Assembly: GCA_023251915.1 (NCBI GenBank)
Contig: JAHEXW010000004.1
Coordinates: 26,733-90,732 of the forward strand
Source of the DNA: Actinomycetes bacterium
Lineage (GTDB): Bacteria > Actinomycetota > JAHEXW01
Reading direction: 5' to 3'
Length of the DNA stretch: 64,000 nt
Shown: in pieces, positions 57,117 through 64,000 of the stretch
Numbering within the stretch: the stretch's first letter is position 1
Layout: every line of letters begins with the position of its first letter
The notes under the pieces: model-generated
The model's database searches: none
What the model was told of the DNA's origin: nothing
What the model saw: only the letters and a program-made list of their open reading frames with translations
Translations under genes and position numbers: made by a program

Positions 57117-58166
57117 ATGGCGTATAGCAGGGGAACCCTGTCATACCGACAAAAACGTAAGCCCATCTTCAATCCCCGGGTGATCATTGTTGTCTTGGTC
57201 ATCGTCTTCTTATTGCTGTGTTTGATCGGCCGCGGCACCTTCAGCCGCATCGGTTGCAGCAACGATACCAGCGCAATCCAGAACTACGTCAATCAGGTCA
57301 AGAAGATCGCTGAACGTACCAACAAGGTCGGGACCGATTTTGCCGATTTGCGCAACAATATCAAGTCTCTGGCCAGGAAGGACCTGCAGACGAAGCTGAA
57401 CAAAATGGCGAAGGACAGCGCCACGATAACCGGCGACGCCAAGAAGATAGAGGTTCCGACAGAGATGGCGGACGCGAACGAATACTTGCTGGTGGCGTTG
57501 GAGCTGCGGACCACCGCCTTGGAGAGCTACCAACCGGCCATCTTCAACGCCTTGGGCGATACCGACTTGGAAGTCTCGGCTAAACAGGTCAGCTTGTCTC
57601 TGCGGGACATTGCCTTTAGCGATCGGGCTTTCGGGCTATTTAAAGACGCGGCTCAAAAGGTATTGAAGTCCAAAGACATCACATTCGTGTCAGCGCCGGC
57701 GTCGGTGTTTCTGACGGTCGACGGGGAATACGAGGCGGCTAATGTCTTGCAGTTCCTCCAAGCGATTAAAACTTCAGCGCCCGACCTGACTGAAACGCAC
57801 GGCATCGCCATCTCGGAAGTTGTCCTCGATCCGGCCGCGACGGCCGATAATAACGGTATCGGCTCTCTGCCCAGCACCACTACGGTCAGTGTGTCGGTGA
57901 CGATTGAAAACCAGGGTAATCAGCTTGAGGTAAACGTTCCGGTTGTCGCGACGCTTAAGTCGGAAACCCAACCGAAGCCACAACTGAAGAAGGCTACCAT
58001 CGCGTCTTTAGCGCCGGGTGAGAAAAAGACAATCAAGATAACAGGACTGACGCCGACAAAAGGCGATATCGTTAACATGCTGACGATTCAAGCGGGACCG
58101 GTTCCGAAAGAGAAGTTCTTGGACAATAACATGAGTGAGATTAAATTTACCGTTGCCGTGAAGTAG
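57117..58166 (+). CDS. hypothetical membrane-anchored protein with C-terminal CARDB/Ig-like domain
   Basis: AAGGAG RBS. One TM. Helical region, then a beta-rich C-terminus (TVSVSVTIENQGNQ...). Confidence 0.5.
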   Translation: MAYSRGTLSYRQKRKPIFNPRVIIVVLVIVFLLLCLIGRGTFSRIGCSNDTSAIQNYVNQVKKIAERTNKVGTDFADLRNNIKSLARKDLQTKLNKMAKDSATITGDAKKIEVPTEMADANEYLLVALELRTTALESYQPAIFNALGDTDLEVSAKQVSLSLRDIAFSDRAFGLFKDAAQKVLKSKDITFVSAPASVFLTVDGEYEAANVLQFLQAIKTSAPDLTETHGIAISEVVLDPAATADNNGIGSLPSTTTVSVSVTIENQGNQLEVNVPVVATLKSETQPKPQLKKATIASLAPGEKKTIKITGLTPTKGDIVNMLTIQAGPVPKEKFLDNNMSEIKFTVAVK

Positions 58167-58168
58167 AC

Positions 58169-59293
58169 TTAGTCGCGTATCGCGGCGCCGTAGACCTCTT
58201 TGAAAGACCGACCGTGTTGGCGAGCCGCCGCCGCGACATCCTCGAACTCGGGTCGAACCGACACTAAACCCCCGCCAAACCAGCCTTTCTTAACCCTTAG
58301 GTCGCCGAATTCCGTGGTCACCGTAATCGTCTCCCGATGCAGTGCCAACCTTGACACGTTAGAAATCCGTAGTCCCAGGGTGCCTGTTTCGCGGAAGAAC
58401 GCGTCGATGATCGCCGCGTCGCGGCCAACCTCACACAGACAGCTCAGCACAAACGCGGGCCGCCCCTTTTTCATGATTACGGGCGTGTACCAAACGTCCA
58501 ATGCACCCGCTCCAAACAGGCGATCCATAGCGTAGGCGAGCGCTTCCGGGGTGAGGTCGTCGATATTTGATTCCATCATCAGCACCGTCTCGTCCGCCTG
58601 GCCTGGCGCCTCCGTCGGCGCGTCTCCCAGCATCAGCCGCAGAACGTTAGGCTGGTCCGTCTCAGCGTCGCCGGCGCCGTATCCAACCTGCTGTAAGGTC
58701 ATGGGGGGTAGGGCGGCGGGCTGTTCCGCTAGCGTTTTGGCGATCGCCACTCCCGTTGGTGTGACATTCTCCAAACCCAAATCATAAAGGGCGACGGCCA
58801 TTCCTTTTAGCATGTGAGCAGTCGCCGGAGCCGCCCGGCTGGCGGTAATCGTGGAAACATAGAGCTTGTCGATATTCAGCAGGTCAAGGCAGACAGCCGT
58901 TCCGGTCACGTCGATTATCGCGTCGACCGCCCCGACTTCGTGAAAATGAACGGTCGCGGGCACCTGGCCGTGGGCCGCGCCCTCGGCCGTCGCCAGCGTC
59001 TCAAACACGTGTGCCGCCTGTTGCTTGGCTCGGGCCGACAGACGGCTGCCGGCTATGATCTTCAGGATATCCAGCAACTTTCGCTCGACCGGCTCGGACT
59101 TGTCGATAACGTCAACCTTCGTCGCGGCCAGTCCGGATTTCTTTACCCCGCGGACGTTTATTTCCCAGCCCGCCAGATTAAGTTTGGCCAATTCGTTCCG
59201 GAGTTGTTGCGGGTCGACGCCCGCGTCCACGAACGCGCCCAAGAGCATGTCGCCGCTGATACCACCCATACAATCCAAGTAAGCAATCTTCAT
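58169..59293 (-). CDS. larC: LarC-family nickel-pincer cofactor biosynthesis protein (nickel insertion, DUF111)
   Basis: MKIAYLDCMGGISGDMLLGAFVDAGV, the N-terminal LarC signature. Confidence 0.75.
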   Translation of the reverse strand: MKIAYLDCMGGISGDMLLGAFVDAGVDPQQLRNELAKLNLAGWEINVRGVKKSGLAATKVDVIDKSEPVERKLLDILKIIAGSRLSARAKQQAAHVFETLATAEGAAHGQVPATVHFHEVGAVDAIIDVTGTAVCLDLLNIDKLYVSTITASRAAPATAHMLKGMAVALYDLGLENVTPTGVAIAKTLAEQPAALPPMTLQQVGYGAGDAETDQPNVLRLMLGDAPTEAPGQADETVLMMESNIDDLTPEALAYAMDRLFGAGALDVWYTPVIMKKGRPAFVLSCLCEVGRDAAIIDAFFRETGTLGLRISNVSRLALHRETITVTTEFGDLRVKKGWFGGGLVSVRPEFEDVAAAARQHGRSFKEVYGAAIRD

Positions 59294-59304
59294 AGACGCG
59301 CTAC

Positions 59305-59340
59305 GTCATTGCTAGGAGCGCAGTGACGAAGCAACCTCCC
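59305..59340 (+). repeat. GTCATTGCGAGG-family repeat copy (variant GTCATTGCTAGG) between larC and larB
   Basis: GTCATTGCTAGGAgcgcaGTGACGAAGCAACCTCCC. Confidence 0.5.
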
Positions 59341-59341
59341 C

Positions 59342-60118
59342 TCATCCTATAGTCTGCTTGTTTATGGTTGCCGCGATGTACCCGGCGCCGAACCCGTTGT
59401 CGATGTTGACGACACTGACGCCGGGAGCGCAGCTGGTTAGCATACCTAAAAGCGCTGTGACACCGCCGAAACTGGCTCCGTAGCCGACGCTCGTTGGAAC
59501 CGCGATAACCGGGCATGACGCCACACCGCCGACCAGACTGGGTAAGGCGCCCTCCATGCCGGCGACCGCTACTATGGCCCGCGCTTCGTTGATGATATCG
59601 AGGTTGGCAAAAAGCCGGTGTGCACCGGCCACACCTGCGTCGTATACGCGAGTCACCTTCGCGCCCATCGTCTCCGCTGTAAAGGCGGCTTCCTCGGCTA
59701 TCGGCATATCGGTTGTGCCGGCCGAAATGACAACAACATTGCCGACCGCGAGCACCTGATCCCGCCCGGGTATGACAACTAAACGGGCGACCGCGTGATA
59801 GATTGCTGTCGGAGCGCCCGCGAGCGCTGCCGCGAACGCGGCTGCGTCAGCTTTAGTGAGCATGACCGGCTGGCCGTGACGCGCCAGTTCAACTACGATT
59901 TTGGTAATCTGCGCGGGGGTTTTGCCGGGACAGTAGACAACTTCGGAAAAGCCGCAGCGCAGGGAACGGTGGTTGTCTATCTTGGCGTCACCCAGGTCCT
60001 CGTAAGGCATGCCCTTGAGGCGCTCGACCGCGGCTTCCACTGACACGCTGCCAGCCTGAATGTCTCTAAGTAGTTTTTCTATCTGTGTCTTATCCATTTT
60101 CACGCTCAACGCCATCAA
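59342..60118 (-). CDS. larB: LarB (PurE-like P2CMN synthase for the NPN cofactor)
   Basis: PurE-like fold, VVVISAGTTDMP ... AVAGMEGALPS... The start may be M8 at 60097. Confidence 0.75.
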   Translation of the reverse strand: MMALSVKMDKTQIEKLLRDIQAGSVSVEAAVERLKGMPYEDLGDAKIDNHRSLRCGFSEVVYCPGKTPAQITKIVVELARHGQPVMLTKADAAAFAAALAGAPTAIYHAVARLVVIPGRDQVLAVGNVVVISAGTTDMPIAEEAAFTAETMGAKVTRVYDAGVAGAHRLFANLDIINEARAIVAVAGMEGALPSLVGGVASCPVIAVPTSVGYGASFGGVTALLGMLTSCAPGVSVVNIDNGFGAGYIAATINKQTIG

Positions 60119-60989
60119 AACGCTCTACGTCATTGCGAGGAGCCTGGTTTCTAGGCGACGAAGCAACCTCCCGAGAAGCAACCTCACTATTCATGCTCCC
60201 CATCTTATAACCAGTTGAGGCGATTTCGATGCGGGCAAAATCCAAGTCGCATAGAAAGGAGTTGACTGCCGACCAGTCCGCGTGCAAGGCCGGCACTTGC
60301 TCCGGCGCCACCTCGATGCGGGCTTCGATATCATCGAGCAGACGGAGGCGAACATTACGAAAGCCGCGCTCCCGCAGAAATGTCTCGCCCCGGTTGATTC
60401 TCATGAGGCGGCTGGACGTAACTCGGCGGCCGAAAGCGATACGGCTGGCCAGACACGGCGCAGCTTCCCGGTCCCAGTTGGGTAACCCGAGGGCTCGAGC
60501 CAACTCTCGCACGGCCTGTTTGTCTAGTCCGGCTTCCAGCAAGGGATGGACTATGCCCATCTCCCGAGCGGCCTCCAGCCCCGGGCGGGTGTCGGACAGG
60601 TCGTCGACGTTGACTCCTTCGAGAATGGCGACAACATTGGATCCTGTTGCCACCTTCATCATGTCCGAGTACATTTGCCGCCGGCAATGATAGCAGCGGT
60701 CCGTATTATTGGCCGCGGCGGCCTCAATTTCCAGGAAACTTGCGCAGATTACCCGATGGCTGACGTCGAGCTGTTCGGCCAGACGGACAGCCTGATCAAT
60801 ATCAGAATCAGGGGTTACTTCGGTCTGCCAAGTGACCGCGGTAAGGTCGCCCGCCAAAGCGTCGCGCGCGGCTGCCAGCAAAAGCGCGCTGTCGGTTCCT
60901 CCGGAAAAGGCGACGATGGCGCCGGGATGGGGTTCTATGCGGTGTTTAAGCAGTTCATAACGTTTATCAACCAACATAAGCATCATCAT
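60090..60989 (-). CDS. larE: LarE (PP-loop ATP pyrophosphatase, sacrificial sulfur transferase)
   Basis: PP-loop VAFSGGTDSALL. The C-terminal about 30 aa (…ASREVASSPRNQAPRND…) are encoded through the repeat element and are probably non-native. Confidence 0.75.
   Translation of the reverse strand: MMMLMLVDKRYELLKHRIEPHPGAIVAFSGGTDSALLLAAARDALAGDLTAVTWQTEVTPDSDIDQAVRLAEQLDVSHRVICASFLEIEAAAANNTDRCYHCRRQMYSDMMKVATGSNVVAILEGVNVDDLSDTRPGLEAAREMGIVHPLLEAGLDKQAVRELARALGLPNWDREAAPCLASRIAFGRRVTSSRLMRINRGETFLRERGFRNVRLRLLDDIEARIEVAPEQVPALHADWSAVNSFLCDLDFARIEIASTGYKMGSMNSEVASREVASSPRNQAPRNDVERFDGVERENG
60129..60172 (+). repeat. GTCATTGCGAGG-family repeat copy at the larB/larE junction
   Basis: GTCATTGCGAGGAgcctggtttctaggcGACGAAGCAACCTCCC, followed by a partial GAGAAGCAACCTC duplication. 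Confidence 0.5.
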
Positions 60990-61053
60990 ATACTATGGCG
61001 AGCGGCTCAAACAACGCCAAACGGTTATGCTAAAATGATGTTTACCTTTTGAC

Positions 61054-61545
61054 ATGGGAGGAAAACTTATCTTGAGCTCGGCAATAGCGCTCGTCGTTCT
61101 GGCAATATTCTTGGTCGCCGTAATCGTTTGGGTCGGCCTGATTTCCTACAATCTCGGTCTGATCAGGCGGAATCAACGGATATTGACCAGGGGAATGACT
61201 GACAATACACTGCAAGAGATCCTGGCACAACATTTCGTTCGCGTTGACGGTTTGGAAGACCGCATCGCGCAAGCTGAGCAGAACATCGATGTTCTTCACA
61301 ATATTCAGCTGGACGCCGTGCAAAGGATAGGACTTGTGCGCTACGACGCGTTTAGCGACATGGGCGGAGAGCTGTCGTTTGCCCTGGCTTTGCTCAACGA
61401 ACACGGCGATGGAATCGTCGTCAGCACGATCATCGGCCGGGCCGATAACAGGACGTACGCCAAGCAAGTCCGCGGCGGCCGAGCGATGATTCAACCGTCG
61501 GCGGAAGAAACGGCGGCCATTAACCAAGCCATGGGCGGGAGGTAG
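61054..61545 (+). CDS. DUF4446-like membrane-anchored protein
   Basis: One N-terminal TM plus a coiled region. Alternative TTG start at 61072, 9 nt after GGGAGG. Confidence 0.5.
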   Translation: MGGKLILSSAIALVVLAIFLVAVIVWVGLISYNLGLIRRNQRILTRGMTDNTLQEILAQHFVRVDGLEDRIAQAEQNIDVLHNIQLDAVQRIGLVRYDAFSDMGGELSFALALLNEHGDGIVVSTIIGRADNRTYAKQVRGGRAMIQPSAEETAAINQAMGGR

Positions 61546-61547
61546 AA

Positions 61548-62372
61548 ATGAAAATCGGATATCTGGGACCTCAAGGGACGTTCGCCGAAGAAGCTGGTTT
61601 GGCCGCCTTTAACTTTAAGGAAGCCGACCTGATACCGTTTGCTAGTGTTGCCGAGGTCATTACGGCGGTCGAGGCGGGCTCGATCTCTGACGGTATAGTG
61701 CCGATCGAGAATTCGATCGAGGGCTCATTCAACGTAACGCTTGATATGCTGGCGTTCGAGACAAATATTTTCATTGAACGCGAGGTCATCGTCCCTATCA
61801 AGCAGAACCTGCTAGCCAAGCCGGGAGTGTCGCTTGCTGATGTTACGGCCGTTGTTTCGCAACCGCACGCCATCGCCCAGTGTCGCCAGTTCTTGGCTGC
61901 CAACTTGCCGAACGCTGCCATGGAGGCTGCCAACAGCACGGCGGAAGCCGCTAAAATCGTATCTGAAGAAGACGGTCATCGAGCGGCCATCGGAACCGCG
62001 TTGGCGGCCAAGCTATACGGGCTGGACGTCTTGGCCGAGGATATCGAAGACTACAAGCAAAACCAGACCAGGTTTGTCATGCTGGGGAAAAACAAAGTAG
62101 CGCGGACCGGAAACGATAAGACGACAATCGTTATCATGCCGCACGAGGACCGGCCGGGGATATTGCTGCAGATCCTGCAGGAGTTCGCCTTTCGCTTCAT
62201 CAATCTATCGAAGATCGAATCCCGGCCGAGCAAGCGCGCTTTGGGCGAGTACATATTCTTCGTCGACATGGACGGACATATCGAGGATAAGGTTATCGCT
62301 GACGCGTTCAAGTGCCTCGGCTGCCGGTTCACTGACGTCAAGTTCCTGGGTTCATATCCCAAGGCCGAGTAG
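61548..62372 (+). CDS. pheA: prephenate dehydratase (PDT plus ACT domains)
   Basis: MKIGYLGPQGTFAEEA...; C-terminal ACT domain. Confidence 0.85.
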   Translation: MKIGYLGPQGTFAEEAGLAAFNFKEADLIPFASVAEVITAVEAGSISDGIVPIENSIEGSFNVTLDMLAFETNIFIEREVIVPIKQNLLAKPGVSLADVTAVVSQPHAIAQCRQFLAANLPNAAMEAANSTAEAAKIVSEEDGHRAAIGTALAAKLYGLDVLAEDIEDYKQNQTRFVMLGKNKVARTGNDKTTIVIMPHEDRPGILLQILQEFAFRFINLSKIESRPSKRALGEYIFFVDMDGHIEDKVIADAFKCLGCRFTDVKFLGSYPKAE

Positions 62373-63656
<1,284 letters not shown>

Positions 63657-63786
63657 GTTAGTAAGAGCAGAAGGGGGGTGTCTTGAATGCCAAGGTTCAC
63701 CATTCCGAGAGTAGCGCACTGCGATAAGGGCTGTATAGTCTAGTCCTGAGCACGACGCGAAACTGCTCATCACTCTAACTTTTAAA

Positions 63787-63818
63787 GGGTCGCGCTTTTC
63801 GAGCTGCGGCCCTTTTTA
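63787..63818 (+). terminator. intrinsic terminator after serS
   Basis: GGGTCGC-(12 nt loop)-GCGGCCC followed by TTTTT. Confidence 0.6.
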
Positions 63819-63841
63819 TGTTAGAATCTTTATTCATGCAT

Positions 63842-63917
63842 GCGCCCGTAGCTCAATGGATAGAGCGCCGGACTACGAATCCGTAGGTTGGAGGTTCGAC
63901 TCCTCTCGGGCGCACCA
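63842..63917 (+). tRNA. tRNA-Arg (anticodon ACG), CCA encoded
   Basis: GCGCCCGTAGCTCAATGGATAGAGCG CCGGA-CTACGAA-TCCGT ... GGTTCGACTCC ... CGGGCGCACCA. Confidence 0.85.
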
Positions 63918-63962
63918 ATTCTTAAGATGATCGACTATTTCTAACAGATCGTCTTAAGAATT
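63918..63962 (+). repeat. 11-bp inverted repeat (ATTCTTAAGA ... TCTTAAGAAT) immediately 3' of tRNA-Arg
   Basis: Read directly. It is followed at 63975-63992 by an inverted partial copy of the tRNA-Arg T-arm region (rc GGTTGGAGGTTC). Confidence 0.45.
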
Positions 63963-64000
63963 GATTTCCCAGGTGAGAACCTCCAACCTGAGGGGGATTA

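Noticed and set aside
57117-58166. Listing ORF-track antisense ORFs inside the kinase, PBP, RodA and other large genes as genes
   Set aside because: All are embedded antisense or out of frame in well-supported genes in a 60 % GC genome. No independent signals.

Overview
This is a 64 kb window of high-GC (about 60 %) bacterial chromosome, gene-dense on both strands, with frequent 4-bp ATGA start/stop overlaps. The fhaA-fhaB-pstP-rodA-pbpA-pknB synteny, PASTA kinase, LytM/M23 peptidase, TadE-type pseudopilins and LPXTG-like tails point to a monoderm, Actinomycetota-like lineage. The multihaem cytochrome, HD-GYP proteins and Lar (NPN cofactor) genes suggest an anaerobic lifestyle.

In coordinate order the window contains:
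- a HEPN/MNT toxin-antitoxin pair;
- a GNAT plus NDP-forming acyl-CoA synthetase fusion (Pat-like acetyltransferase);
- a cobalamin riboswitch with promoter and terminator, driving two co-translated secreted proteins (an alpha/alpha-toroid repeat protein and a DUF4430-like protein);
- a SAM methyltransferase;
- an flp pilin, two TadE-like pseudopilins, an M23 peptidase and a phospholipase C/P1-nuclease-like protein;
- a PC4-like small protein;
- a MacAB-type efflux system;
- a hemolysin III-family protein;
- an ABC-2 exporter;
- uppP;
- a low-GC three-gene islet bounded by a tRNA-Ile(GAT) gene and an array of tRNA-3'-end-like repeats;
- a PPM-synthase and GT-C mannosyltransferase pair;
- a GGDEF plus HD-GYP sensor;
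- a membrane-anchored decahaem c-type cytochrome;
- a chagasin-family inhibitor;
- a PAP2 phosphatase;
- a split DUF318 permease;
- a two-component system;
- a GT4 glycosyltransferase;
- an HD-GYP protein and a HEAT-repeat protein with related N-termini;
- nth, rpiB-rpe and an amidohydrolase;
- tRNA-Ala, tRNA-Leu and tRNA-Arg;
- a TetR/DUF4386 pair;
- the conserved Ser/Thr-kinase and cell-wall cluster;
- larE-larB-larC;
- pheA and serS.

A dispersed short repeat family with core GTCATTGCGAGG occurs at five or more sites.

The most novel candidate is the B12-riboswitch-controlled split transcobalamin-like surface module at about 4.6 to 6.7 kb. The decayed integration hotspot at tRNA-Ile (about 22.7 to 26.4 kb) is the second.

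Every call is made by eye from motifs. No database search, covariance model or structure prediction was run.
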